NCBI GenBank assembly: GCA_040388745.1
Contig: JAZKBF010000043.1
Span: forward strand, 84,405 to 148,404
Direction: 5' to 3'
Length of the DNA: 64,000 bases
From: Bacteroidota bacterium
GTDB taxonomy: Bacteria > Bacteroidota > Bacteroidia > 2-12-FULL-35-15
Below the pieces are notes generated by a model that was not told the DNA's origin, searched no databases, and saw only the letters and a program-made list of their open reading frames with translations. The translations under genes and the position numbers were made by a program. Positions within the stretch are counted from its first letter, which is position 1; every line of letters starts with the position of its first letter. Of the stretch, positions 49,006 through 58,708 are shown piece by piece.

Positions 49006-49920
49006 TTATTTTTTGATATACTTGAACTTCAGCAAAGTAGGCTTTCCCTTTTGTGCTTCATTACTAATAAGCATATCCCCATCAGGTAAAAAAGTAATGC
49101 CTTCCGCTTTATTAAATAAAACTGGATCTAAGGCAAAAAGTTGAATGATATGTCCTTTTTCATTCATAATTAAAAGCAATTTGTCGCTTGACGAAAGAAT
49201 GTAGATCAAATGGCTGAAAGGATGCACAGCTATTGCAGATGGCCTGAAGTTGAAATCACTGACCTCTTTCCCTGTTTTTTTTATTGTTCGTGTAGGAATA
49301 GGGATTTTCATAGCAAGTGCCTTTTCTTCAATTTTATCTACACTCAATTTAAAGATAGGTTCCTTACTAAGTATTTTGTTTTTTAAGTCAAAACCATAGA
49401 TCAATCGGATATCTTTATTTTCATTCCCCTTGCCTGCCTTACTTTTTGCGGCTATTAATAACCTGTTATTTTTTTTATCAAAACACAAACCTTCATTATT
49501 CGAAGAAGGTAAATGGAGTGTATATTCTTTCTTTTCAGCGGATGGTTTGGAATAGTCTTTATGCTCGATCAGTACACCATCGCTTCGTAGCAAATACATC
49601 GCATTTCCAACAAGGGCGATCTCTTCAAAATCACCAATTAATTTAGACGGGTATTCTTTTATAATGACTTCTTTTGTTAGATCATAAATAAAAATAGTCC
49701 CTATTTCATCTTGTACACAAGCGATCTCATTTTGACTAAGAGTTGTAATGCCGGAAATTTCATTGAGCGCAGCCGGCAGAACAAAGTTTTTGGTGGGTTT
49801 GGATAGGTTGTATTCGAACAGAGTTGATTCCTCATTATTAATGGAAGAATAGCCATAAAACAGTACAAGGAGGAACATGCTGAATACACTGGAAATCAAA
49901 AAAGTTAAAATACGTTTCAT
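49006..49920 (-). CDS. secreted beta-propeller-like protein (SdiA-regulated/YjiK-like?)
   Basis: 304 aa; N-terminal signal/anchor; LNEISGIT-type motif; weak family call. Confidence 0.35.
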   Translation of the reverse strand: MKRILTFLISSVFSMFLLVLFYGYSSINNEESTLFEYNLSKPTKNFVLPAALNEISGITTLSQNEIACVQDEIGTIFIYDLTKEVIIKEYPSKLIGDFEEIALVGNAMYLLRSDGVLIEHKDYSKPSAEKKEYTLHLPSSNNEGLCFDKKNNRLLIAAKSKAGKGNENKDIRLIYGFDLKNKILSKEPIFKLSVDKIEEKALAMKIPIPTRTIKKTGKEVSDFNFRPSAIAVHPFSHLIYILSSSDKLLLIMNEKGHIIQLFALDPVLFNKAEGITFLPDGDMLISNEAQKGKPTLLKFKYIKK

Positions 49921-49980
49921 TGTTTATAAAATTACAAGTACACGTTTTTTGTGATTCAATTGTTGTGCCTATGAAAGAGA

Positions 49981-50583
49981 TCAAATAGTTTTTTGCAGCT
50001 CCTCTATTTGTAATATGTGGCGGTTTGTGTGAGCGATCATAAAATGGATCCAGTCAGTCTTTGTCATTGGGCCCAATACAGGATGTTTTAGGGTATGCGT
50101 TTCCTGTTCTATTCCATTAGTATTAATGTGTTGAATTATCTTATCAATAGTAATGTTGATACTTTGAGTAGCATCTTTACTATCCGCAAAACGACCTTTA
50201 GGACTTACAAAATCAGGCGCTGGAACCTTAAATGCCCGGTTCGTAATTAAAAGCATATTTAGTTTTTCTTCACCAAATAATTCAGTCTTGCTATTTTCAG
50301 TTTTTTCAGCTGGTGATGGAGTGGAAATGACTTTTAATACTGCTTCACTAATTAAAAAAATATGCTCCACGCATTCCAAAACTGACCAGGCTTTTTCAGA
50401 AGGTTTAAATACAAGCTCTGCTTGATTTAACGTGTTGAAGGACTTTAATAGTTCTCCGGTATTGTTTTGTATTTTCTCTTGTAAGCCCATCTGTAAAATG
50501 GTTTTAACCCCAGGAGGGGTGTTTTGTTTTGAAACGAATAAAATAGGATCAACAATTTCTCGGATTGAAATTGAAGAAAACAA
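49981..50583 (-). CDS. DinB/YfiT-like four-helix-bundle metalloprotein (DinB_2 superfamily)
   Basis: 200 aa; conserved His pattern (ECVEHIF...HTLKHPVLG...WIHFMIAHTNRH). Confidence 0.55.
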   Translation of the reverse strand: MFSSISIREIVDPILFVSKQNTPPGVKTILQMGLQEKIQNNTGELLKSFNTLNQAELVFKPSEKAWSVLECVEHIFLISEAVLKVISTPSPAEKTENSKTELFGEEKLNMLLITNRAFKVPAPDFVSPKGRFADSKDATQSINITIDKIIQHINTNGIEQETHTLKHPVLGPMTKTDWIHFMIAHTNRHILQIEELQKTI

Positions 50584-50596
50584 AAAGAAATTTTAT

Positions 50597-50848
50597 TTAG
50601 TTTTCGAAAATTTCGAATTCATAAAATTCCATAATTTGGTTGGCCAATAATTTCTTGCAGGCTTCATCCACTTTAGTTGACGCTGCATCTTTAGAGGCTG
50701 CTTCAATTTCCAATGTAATGTGTTTACCAATACGCACATTTTCAATTTCGGGTAAACCTAAATTTTTCATGCTTCCTGTAACTGCTTTCCCTTGAGGATC
50801 TAGTAATGCTTTCAATGGCATTACATCTATTTCTGCTCTGAATTTCAT
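50597..50848 (-). CDS. purS: phosphoribosylformylglycinamidine synthase subunit PurS
   Basis: 83 aa; MKFRAEIDVMPLKALLDPQGKAV...LGLPEIENVRIGKHITL matches PurS. Confidence 0.85.
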   Translation of the reverse strand: MKFRAEIDVMPLKALLDPQGKAVTGSMKNLGLPEIENVRIGKHITLEIEAASKDAASTKVDEACKKLLANQIMEFYEFEIFEN

Positions 50849-50854
50849 TTTCTA

Positions 50855-51622
50855 TTAATTGTTTAATTTGTTTACGGAACTGTTACTTATAAAAACGGTG
50901 TCGATCACTGATAAGATCACATACAAAAATATAATAAAAGGGATTGCAATAAACTGAAAAAGCAATAACATTACTATAGAAGCGATTAAAAATGAATAAC
51001 GAATTTTATTGTCAGCCCATCCAAAATTTTTGAATTTAAGGGCGAATAAAGGTAATTCCGCCACCAATAAATAAGACATAAGGATGGTGAGTCCTAATAA
51101 AAACCATACGTTTTCCAAAATTGGAATTAAGTTGAAATTTCCAATATTGGGTTGAAAAAAATGAATAAGGGGCAAAGAACAAATTAATAGCGCATTAGCG
51201 GGAGTGGGAACACCAATAAAAGAGCTAGTTTGCCTGGTATCAATATTGAATTTTGCTAAGCGTATTGCAGAAAAAATTGTAATTATAAATGCAAAAAGAG
51301 GAAGATAGCTTAGTGCTACCATATTGGAGCCAGATGTTCCTGCATAAATAGCTGTAGCATTTGATAGGAATATAAACATTACCACTCCCGGTACTAATCC
51401 GAACGTTACCATATCAGCCAAGGAATCCAACTGTTTTCCAATTTCAGAATGTACATTTAAAAGCCTTGCAAGGAACCCGTCAAGAAAATCCAATACTCCG
51501 GCAATGCCCACTAAATAGGCGCTCCAAAGTAAATTATCATTGAAGGCACATACAACTGCCAGGCAGCCGCAAAATAAATTGCCGCAGGTGATGGTGTTCG
51601 GTATGTTTTTTTTAATGTTCAT
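50855..51622 (-). CDS. pssA: CDP-alcohol phosphatidyltransferase, phosphatidylserine synthase-like
   Basis: 255 aa; D(x)2DG(x)2AR...G(x)3D(x)3D motif present (DFLDGFLARLLNVHSEIGKQLDSLADMV). Confidence 0.7.
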   Translation of the reverse strand: MNIKKNIPNTITCGNLFCGCLAVVCAFNDNLLWSAYLVGIAGVLDFLDGFLARLLNVHSEIGKQLDSLADMVTFGLVPGVVMFIFLSNATAIYAGTSGSNMVALSYLPLFAFIITIFSAIRLAKFNIDTRQTSSFIGVPTPANALLICSLPLIHFFQPNIGNFNLIPILENVWFLLGLTILMSYLLVAELPLFALKFKNFGWADNKIRYSFLIASIVMLLLFQFIAIPFIIFLYVILSVIDTVFISNSSVNKLNN

Positions 51623-51714
51623 TTTGTGTTGGCGAAATTACAAATCTCCCTTTTAATTGAGAGCGAAAATACTCTTTTAATTTTAGAAACTGTTTTTCTA
51701 AATTTGAATTGTTT

Positions 51715-51928
51715 AGAGCCTGTTTAAATTTTATTCAAATAATTTAATAGGACGCTCCTAGGGAGCTTAAATTAAAAACCCTTTCATTGTTATTACTACA
51801 AACAGTTTATCCCTACGGGATATTTTCAGCTCCGGAGGAGCGTTCTGTTTGTAGATAAAGAGATACATCACAATTATAGCCCCAGAGGGGCGACCTGTAT
51901 TAAAAAATATAAAATTTAAACAGGCTCT
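51715..51928. repeat. ~214 bp element bounded by perfect 20 bp terminal inverted repeats (AGAGCCTGTTTAAATTTTAT ... ATAAAATTTAAACAGGCTCT) with nested internal inverted repeats; MITE-like or highly structured RNA
   Basis: TIRs read directly at 51715-51734 and 51909-51928; internal IRs GGACGCTCCTAGGGAGC/GCTCCGGAGGAGCGTTC and CTACAAACAG/CTGTTTGTAG; lies in the divergent intergenic region between pssA and the PorV-like gene. Confidence 0.5.
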
Positions 51929-52120
51929 TAGGTAAATTATAATTCACAATAAATTCTCAAATCTGCAGGTTTATTCTAAATCCTTAAAAAAATGAGCAAT
52001 AAGAATTAAAAAAACACGTTTTCAAATCCTCTGGCACGTTTTCGAACCCTTTTTAAGGCTAAAAAATTAGATATTAAAAAATTGACTGAACCATTATTTA
52101 GTTTAATTTTATGACCTATT

Positions 52121-53194
52121 ATGACTAAAAAGTATTTTTTATCAATAACCATTATAATAAGCATTTGTTTTAGTGCCTTTGCGCAGGCTCCTAAATACAG
52201 TAATGAGTTTTTAAATGTTGGTGTGGGTGCAAGAGCCTTAGGAATGTCTAATTCGTATATATCATCAGCAAATGATGTTACTGCCGGTTATTGGAATCCA
52301 GCAGGATTATTGGGTATTGGCAATCAGCATCAAGTGGCGCTCATGCATAGCGAATACTTTGCCGGCATTGCTAAATATGATTATGGCGCTTATGCCACCC
52401 GTTTAGACAGTTCAAGTGTACTCGGTATCACTATTATTCGTTTTGGTGTGGATGATATCCCTAATACTACTGAATTGATCAATTCCAATGGTAATGTGGA
52501 TTATAACCGGATCACTACTTTCTCAGCCACAGATTTTGCCTTTATAGTTTCGTACGCAAAAACACTTAAAATTCCCGGATTACGACTAGGAGCCAATGCG
52601 AAAGTTATTCGCAGAAGGGTTGGCAGCTTTGCAGGTTCATGGGGTTTCGGAATTGATGCAGGTGCACAATATGATTACAAAAAATGGAAATTTGCCGCCA
52701 TGGCACGCGATGTAACTTCTACATTTAATGCCTGGACCTATAATCTTTCTGAAGAAACAAAAGCCGTATTTGTGGCCACCGGCAATGAGATCCCCGAAAA
52801 TTCGGTTGAAATTACGCTGCCTAAATTATTATTGGGTGGGGCTCGTAAATTCGACTTTTCTCCCAAAATGTCATTACTTGCCGAACTGAATTTGGATGCA
52901 ACCTTTGATGGTAAACGCAGCGTAATGATCAAGAGCAAAGCCATTAGCATCGATCCTCACTTTGGACTTGAAGCATCTTATATGAATTTGGTGTTTTTAC
53001 GAGCCGGACTGGGTAATTACCAGGCATATACCGATGCGGTGGGTCAAAAAATCAAAACCTTTCAGCCCAATATTGGTATAGGTGTTCGCATTAAGTCTGT
53101 TACCATTGATTATGCCTTAACTGATATTGGCGACCAGTCAGTGGCATTGTATTCCAATGTGTTCTCCATTAAAGTGGATATTAATAAAAAATAA
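52121..53194 (+). CDS. PorV/PorQ-family outer-membrane beta-barrel (T9SS-associated) candidate
   Basis: 357 aa; signal peptide; N-terminal EFLNVGVGARALGMSNSY motif characteristic of the PorV/PorQ family; beta-strand-rich body. Confidence 0.5.
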   Translation: MTKKYFLSITIIISICFSAFAQAPKYSNEFLNVGVGARALGMSNSYISSANDVTAGYWNPAGLLGIGNQHQVALMHSEYFAGIAKYDYGAYATRLDSSSVLGITIIRFGVDDIPNTTELINSNGNVDYNRITTFSATDFAFIVSYAKTLKIPGLRLGANAKVIRRRVGSFAGSWGFGIDAGAQYDYKKWKFAAMARDVTSTFNAWTYNLSEETKAVFVATGNEIPENSVEITLPKLLLGGARKFDFSPKMSLLAELNLDATFDGKRSVMIKSKAISIDPHFGLEASYMNLVFLRAGLGNYQAYTDAVGQKIKTFQPNIGIGVRIKSVTIDYALTDIGDQSVALYSNVFSIKVDINKK

Positions 53195-53278
53195 ATTGTT
53201 TAGCATTATATCTCCTGAATGTTTGGTTAGTTCTGACAAAAGCTAAAACTTTCGTACTTTTGCGACCAAATTAATGAT

Positions 53279-54871
53279 GTGAAAACCTATCAGCTTTTTT
53301 TACTCTCCTTATTAAGTGCTTTATTACTGGCTTTTGGCTGGTTCCCCCATGGCTTTGTTCCTTTATTATTTATCGCGTTTGTTCCCCTCTTAATGGTGGA
53401 ACATACCATATTTAAAAATCCTGATAAATACAAAACACTTACTCTTTTTGCCTGTAGCTATTTAACGTTTTTTACCTGGAATGTTTTAACAACCTGGTGG
53501 GTCAAGAATGCTTCTTATGGAGGCGCAGCAATGGCAATAGGGTGTAATGCATTATTGATGACCATTACATTCATGTTATTTCATAAAGTTAAAAAACGTG
53601 TAGGTGAAAAATGGGGAAGTCTGGTATTCATCAGTTTTTGGATCACCTTTGAATTTTTACATCTCGATTGGGATCTAACCTGGACCTGGCTTACCTTGGG
53701 GAATGGTTTTGCTCCCACACTTAATTGGATTCAATGGTACGAATATACAGGCGCTTTTGGAGGAAGTTTATGGGTGCTTATTTGCAATTGCTTCATTTTT
53801 AAAATAATTTCGGATTTTGGTTTTCGATTCTCAAAAAAACAGATCATTGGACTGGCAGCTTTAATAGCTCTTCCTATTTTAATTTCGTACATAATTTTGG
53901 CTTTTCATGATGACTTAAAAGCTGAAACAAATGTTGTAATTGTTCAACCCAATATTGATCCATATAACGAGAAATTTATATCAGGTTATGAAGTACAATT
54001 ACAAAAAATGTTGCAACTTGCTTCACAGCAAACAGATAGTACAACCGACTATTTAGTTTTTCCGGAAACAGCTTTAACAGAGGAGTTCTGGGAGGGTGAG
54101 TTGATACAAAGTAGTAGCATTAAAACGTTAAAAGAGTTCTTAAAGCCATATCCCAAACTTAAAATTATCATTGGTGCCTCAACCGCCAAGGTTTATCAAC
54201 CAGATGAAGCTTTATCTTCAACCGCCCGGAAATTCAGAAGCCAGGATGGCTATTATGATTCATACAACACTGCCCTGCAAATAGACAGCAGCAATCAGAT
54301 CCAGATTTATCATAAATCGAAATTAGTGCCGGGTGTGGAAAAAATGCCATTCCCTTTTATTTTTAAGTACCTCGGAAAATTGGCCATCGATCTGGGTGGA
54401 ACAACAGGAAGCTTAGGTACGCAGGAGGAGCGCAGTGTGTTCGTTTCCACGGATGGCAAAATAAAGGCAGCCCCTGTGGTTTGTTATGAAAGTGTGTATG
54501 GCGAATATGTCTCAGAATATGTTAAAAACGGAGCTCAGTTTATTGCGATCATTACCAACGATGGTTGGTGGGGCGATACTCCCGGTTACAAGCAGCATTT
54601 AAAATATGGCGCATTAAGAGCTATTGAAACGCGCAGATATATTGTACGGTCAGCAAATACAGGCATTTCCTGTATTATTACTGATAAAGGAGAAATACAA
54701 CAAGCAACAAATTGGTGGGTTCCCGCAGTTATAAAAACACAAATTAAATTAAATAATGATCAGACGTTTTATACTCGTTTTGGCGATTATATTGGTCGGG
54801 CAGCAATGTATCTATCCTTGCTCCTGATCTTATACTCATGGCTTTTGCGATTTAAAATTATCAGACAATAG
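53279..54871 (+). CDS. lnt: apolipoprotein N-acyltransferase
   Basis: 530 aa; N-terminal polytopic domain then C-terminal nitrilase/CN-hydrolase fold (VVIVQPNIDPY...E...K...C active-site context CYESVYGEY). Confidence 0.85.
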   Translation: MKTYQLFLLSLLSALLLAFGWFPHGFVPLLFIAFVPLLMVEHTIFKNPDKYKTLTLFACSYLTFFTWNVLTTWWVKNASYGGAAMAIGCNALLMTITFMLFHKVKKRVGEKWGSLVFISFWITFEFLHLDWDLTWTWLTLGNGFAPTLNWIQWYEYTGAFGGSLWVLICNCFIFKIISDFGFRFSKKQIIGLAALIALPILISYIILAFHDDLKAETNVVIVQPNIDPYNEKFISGYEVQLQKMLQLASQQTDSTTDYLVFPETALTEEFWEGELIQSSSIKTLKEFLKPYPKLKIIIGASTAKVYQPDEALSSTARKFRSQDGYYDSYNTALQIDSSNQIQIYHKSKLVPGVEKMPFPFIFKYLGKLAIDLGGTTGSLGTQEERSVFVSTDGKIKAAPVVCYESVYGEYVSEYVKNGAQFIAIITNDGWWGDTPGYKQHLKYGALRAIETRRYIVRSANTGISCIITDKGEIQQATNWWVPAVIKTQIKLNNDQTFYTRFGDYIGRAAMYLSLLLILYSWLLRFKIIRQ

Positions 54872-54943
54872 TAAATTGAAAAGTTAATTTTTTTTAATGT
54901 TTAATTAATGGATAAAATATTTTCGTTGCTAATTTGCGTTAGG

Positions 54944-55056
54944 GATTGCAGCGTAAATCCCCGCCCGAACGAATGAATTCGTTCATTCGGGCAGGCTTTT
55001 CTGTTTAGAAAAGATTGAAGCGTAAAGACCGCCCCCTTTCTGTTTCAAGAAAGGGG
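54944..55056. repeat. tandem pair of ~68 nt units, each GATTGMAGCGTAAAKMCCGCCC followed by hairpin(s); second unit hairpin ccccTTTCT-gtttca-AGAAAgggg
   Basis: Direct repeat heads at 54944-54966 and 55013-55035; hairpins at 54964-54991, 54996-55013 and 55033-55056; located between lnt and lpdA. Confidence 0.55.
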
Positions 55057-55151
55057 AAACGCCCAAATAATTAAAAATTTAATTCTTTAAAGAATCTAAC
55101 AAATTGATATTCTCAACTCATAACTAATAGAACATAATACTTTTAAATACA

Positions 55152-56555
55152 ATGGAAAAATTTGATGTTACAATTATAGGTTCAGGTCCGGGCGGTTATG
55201 TGGCGGCAATTCGTTGCGCACAATTAGGTATGAAAACAGCAATCATCGAGCGTTACAATACGCTTGGCGGCACATGTTTGAATGTGGGTTGTATTCCATC
55301 CAAAGCATTATTAGATTCATCAGAGCATTATTACAATGCTGCACATTCATTTACCGAACACGGTATTGAAATAAAGGATCTGAAAGTAAATTTCAAACAA
55401 ATGATCAAACGCAAAGGTGATGTTGTAAAACAAACTTCTGAGGGAATTAATTTTTTAATGAAAAAAAATAAGATCACTGTTTTTAACGGTCACGGTGCAT
55501 TTGTAAATAAAAACACAATTGAAATTGCAGGTGCAGATGGAAAAAAAACACAAATTGAATCTGCGAAAACAATTATAGCTACCGGTTCAAAACCGACATC
55601 ATTACCGGGAATTGAGATTGATAAAAAACGAATTATCTCTTCCACCGAAGCCTTGGAATTAACTGAAATTCCTAAACACATGGTGATCATTGGTGGTGGT
55701 GTAATTGGTTTGGAATTGGGTTCGGTCTATGCAAGGTTGGGCGCAAAAATTTCTGTACTTGAATTTACAGGAGGGATCATCAGTACCATGGATACTGCAT
55801 TAGGTAAAGAGTTACTGAAAAGTCTGAAAAAGCTGGGCTTTGAGTTTTATCTGAATCATAAGGTTACCGGTGTAACAGCTAAGGGTAAAGAAGTAACGAT
55901 AACTGCCGATAATACAAAAGGAGAAAAGGTTGAATTAAAAGGTGATTATTGCCTGGTTTCCGTTGGCCGTAAGCCGTACACTGATAATTTAGGTTTAGAT
56001 AAAGCCGGAGTAAAAATTGATAATCGCGGAAAAATTGAAACTGACGATCATTTACAAACCAATGTACAAGGTATTTATGCAATTGGCGATGTGATCAAAG
56101 GCCCAATGCTTGCGCATAAAGCAGAAGATGAGGGGACTTTTGTTGCAGAAATTATTGCAGGACAAAAACCACACATTGATTATAATTTAATACCGGGAGT
56201 AGTTTATACATGGCCGGAAGTGGCTGCTGTTGGCTTTACCGAAGAGCAACTAAAAGAGCAGGGTAAAAAATACAAAGTTGGTATTTTCCCATTCAAAGCA
56301 AGTGGAAGAGCTCGTGCATCAATGGATACAGATGGCTTTGTAAAAGTTTTAGCAGATGAAGTAACAGATGAAATATTAGGTGTACACATCATTGGCCCTC
56401 GTGCTGCTGATATGATAGCCGAAGCAGTAGTTGCAATGGAATACCGTGCAAGTGCCGAAGATATTTCACGTATGAGCCACGCACACCCTACTTATACAGA
56501 AGCTTTTAAAGAAGCTTGTTTAGATGCAACGGGGAAAAGAGCATTGCATATTTAA
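55152..56555 (+). CDS. lpdA: dihydrolipoyl dehydrogenase
   Basis: 467 aa; FAD GSGPGGYVAA, redox disulfide GGTCLNVGCIPSK, NAD GGGVIGLELG, C-terminal HAHPT interface motif. Confidence 0.9.
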   Translation: MEKFDVTIIGSGPGGYVAAIRCAQLGMKTAIIERYNTLGGTCLNVGCIPSKALLDSSEHYYNAAHSFTEHGIEIKDLKVNFKQMIKRKGDVVKQTSEGINFLMKKNKITVFNGHGAFVNKNTIEIAGADGKKTQIESAKTIIATGSKPTSLPGIEIDKKRIISSTEALELTEIPKHMVIIGGGVIGLELGSVYARLGAKISVLEFTGGIISTMDTALGKELLKSLKKLGFEFYLNHKVTGVTAKGKEVTITADNTKGEKVELKGDYCLVSVGRKPYTDNLGLDKAGVKIDNRGKIETDDHLQTNVQGIYAIGDVIKGPMLAHKAEDEGTFVAEIIAGQKPHIDYNLIPGVVYTWPEVAAVGFTEEQLKEQGKKYKVGIFPFKASGRARASMDTDGFVKVLADEVTDEILGVHIIGPRAADMIAEAVVAMEYRASAEDISRMSHAHPTYTEAFKEACLDATGKRALHI

Positions 56556-56584
56556 TTATTGATTTAGAGATTTGTTGAATAGCA

Positions 56585-56619
56585 ATTCTCTAATTCTCTA
56601 ATTCTCCAATTCTCTAATT
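56585..56619. repeat. tandem octamer repeat (AATTCTCT-like x4) immediately upstream of hemH
   Basis: Read directly: caATTCTCTAATTCTCTAATTCTCCAATTCTCTAATTT. Confidence 0.6.
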
Positions 56620-56627
56620 TTTTAATT

Positions 56628-57644
56628 ATGAAAACAGGCGTACTGCTTATAAATCTTGGAACACCCGACAGCCCAAAAACTTCGGATGTGAGAAAATATT
56701 TATCACAATTTTTGAATGATCCTCGTGTGATCGATATCAATCCTATTGGTCGTTTTTTATTGGTAAATGGTATTATAGTGCCATTTCGGGCACCTAAATC
56801 CGCTAAATTATACCAACACATCTGGACCAAAGAAGGATCCCCTCTTTTAACCAATAGTATTAAAGTAAAAACGCTGTTACAAAAGGCTTTAGGCGATTCG
56901 TTTGTAGTTGAATTAGGGATGCGTTATCAAAGCCCGAGTATGGAATCGGCATTGAACAAACTACGTGAAGCCCAGGTACAAAAGATCATTATGATCCCTT
57001 TGTATCCTCAATATGCATCATCAAGTACAGGTTCATCAGTTGAAGAGGCATTGCGTATAATTGGTAGATGGGAAGTAACACCATCCGTTGAAATTATCTC
57101 AAAATTTTATGATAATCCTGATTTTATTGATGCTTGCGTAGAAGTAGCAAAAAAATATAATTTTGATGATTACGATTATTTTATTTTTAGTTACCACGGT
57201 TTGCCCGAACGCCACATCTTGAAAGGTTCTGCACACTATGGTGCAAGCACTTGTAATTTGGGCAGCTGCTGCGATTCCATTACCAAAGACAATCACTATT
57301 GTTACCGTGCCAATTGTTTTGAAACAACACGTCAGTTAGTAAAACGATTAAATATTCCGGAAGGAAAATATGAGAGTACTTTCCAATCACGCTTGAATGA
57401 TAAATGGATCAAGCCTTATAGCGATAAGGTGGTAGAGCAAAAAGCAAAAGAAGGCAAAAAGAAAATATTAGTTTTTTCACCTGCTTTTGTTTCGGATTGT
57501 TTAGAAACTATTTATGAAATAGGAATAGAATACAACGAAATTTTTACCGAGCATGGTGGAGAGAAAATAACCCTCGTTGAAAGTTTAAATGATCATCCCA
57601 AATGGATCGAAGCGTTGAAAAATATGGTGTTGAGTAGAAAATAA
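56628..57644 (+). CDS. hemH: ferrochelatase
   Basis: 338 aa; N-terminal GVLLINLGTPDSP, PLYPQYASSSTGS and the conserved His/Glu region. Confidence 0.9.
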   Translation: MKTGVLLINLGTPDSPKTSDVRKYLSQFLNDPRVIDINPIGRFLLVNGIIVPFRAPKSAKLYQHIWTKEGSPLLTNSIKVKTLLQKALGDSFVVELGMRYQSPSMESALNKLREAQVQKIIMIPLYPQYASSSTGSSVEEALRIIGRWEVTPSVEIISKFYDNPDFIDACVEVAKKYNFDDYDYFIFSYHGLPERHILKGSAHYGASTCNLGSCCDSITKDNHYCYRANCFETTRQLVKRLNIPEGKYESTFQSRLNDKWIKPYSDKVVEQKAKEGKKKILVFSPAFVSDCLETIYEIGIEYNEIFTEHGGEKITLVESLNDHPKWIEALKNMVLSRK

Positions 57645-58020
57645 TAAATTGTTTTTTTGAAAAAAAGAAATCAATTCTGCAAAATTCCTTTACATATGCC
57701 ATAATCATTGTTATCACAATAGCTAACGTACATTTTCTGTAATTTGTTTTTGTACTAAGTAACAATTAACGGTGCGGCTGGCGTCCACGAAAAGAGCGAA
57801 CTGCAATTTTTTCAGGCCCAGATTTGAGTTGGCCTTTGTGTGAAAGAAAAAATTGAAGTTGGTTTTCGTGGGCTCTTTTTCTTTGTTTCTTTCTTTTGGA
57901 GAAGCAAAAGAAAGAAAAATGCTCTGAGGAAGCAGGATTACTCGATCTTCAATACTAATAAGTTAAGAATACTTCCTGTAATTAAACTCTGATTTACTAA
58001 TGATTTAGTATATGAAGATA

Positions 58021-58578
58021 TTACAACTCTTTCAAAACCTCATCACTCATCGGACTTACAGCCGCAGAATAAAACTTAACCAACTCCCCTTTTTCATTAA
58101 TTAAATATTTACAGAAGTTCCAGCTGGGAGCAGTATCATTCCATCCATTTTGATCTTTATGTGTAAGCCATTGGTATAAGGGATTTTGATCAGGACCTTT
58201 AACCTCCGATTTTTCAAATAGTTGAAATGTTACTCCAAAATTCCGTTGGCAAAAAGTTGCAATTTCTTCGTTACTTCCCGGTTCCTGTGCGCCAAAATTA
58301 TTTGCAGGAAAGCCAAGTAGCACCACTTTATCTTTATACTTTTCATGCAACTCCTCTAATTCATTAAATTGTGGAGTGTAGCCACATTCCGATGCAGTAT
58401 TTACAATCAATACTTTTTTGCCTTTATAAATAGAAAAGGGAATATCCTTACCTTCAATCGACTTCATTGTAAAATCATAAAATGATTTTGTAGCCATTGG
58501 CGCAGTTGAATTACTTGGTTTTCCTTTTATATATTTTTTAGAAAAAAGAGATAAAAAGAAATATTTTATTTTTTTCAT
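58021..58578 (-). CDS. gpx: glutathione peroxidase (Cys-type, not selenocysteine)
   Basis: 185 aa; signal/anchor; VLIVNTASECGYTPQ, LGFPANNFGAQEPG, WNFCKYLI catalytic tetrad motifs. Confidence 0.9.
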   Translation of the reverse strand: MKKIKYFFLSLFSKKYIKGKPSNSTAPMATKSFYDFTMKSIEGKDIPFSIYKGKKVLIVNTASECGYTPQFNELEELHEKYKDKVVLLGFPANNFGAQEPGSNEEIATFCQRNFGVTFQLFEKSEVKGPDQNPLYQWLTHKDQNGWNDTAPSWNFCKYLINEKGELVKFYSAAVSPMSDEVLKEL

Positions 58579-58618
58579 TGTTAGAATTTAATACTGTTTA
58601 ATTAAAACTAAAATATGC

Positions 58619-58692
58619 CGGCCCACAGTCTTCGACAAGCTCAGACTGACAATTGCGCGATGTCATACTGAGCTTGTCGATTGTGTGGGCGG
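58619..58692. repeat. copy 2 of the dispersed repeat family; here a full ~74 nt imperfect palindrome (GGCCCACAGTCTTCGACAAGCTCAGACTGACA ... TGTCATACTGAGCTTGTCGATTGTGTGGGCGG)
   Basis: Left arm matches copy 1 (9514-9545) at 28/31 nt; right arm matches copy 3; located between the uvrD stop and the gpx start. Confidence 0.55.
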
Positions 58693-58708
58693 CATAATTT
58701 TCAACTTT

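Noticed and set aside
57760-57960. Hairpin-rich segment (CTTTCTTTTG-gagaag-CAAAAGAAAG etc.) between hemH and gpx as a possible sRNA
   Set aside because: Stems are short and imperfect; adequately explained as convergent terminators for hemH (+) and gpx (-); not reported as a feature.
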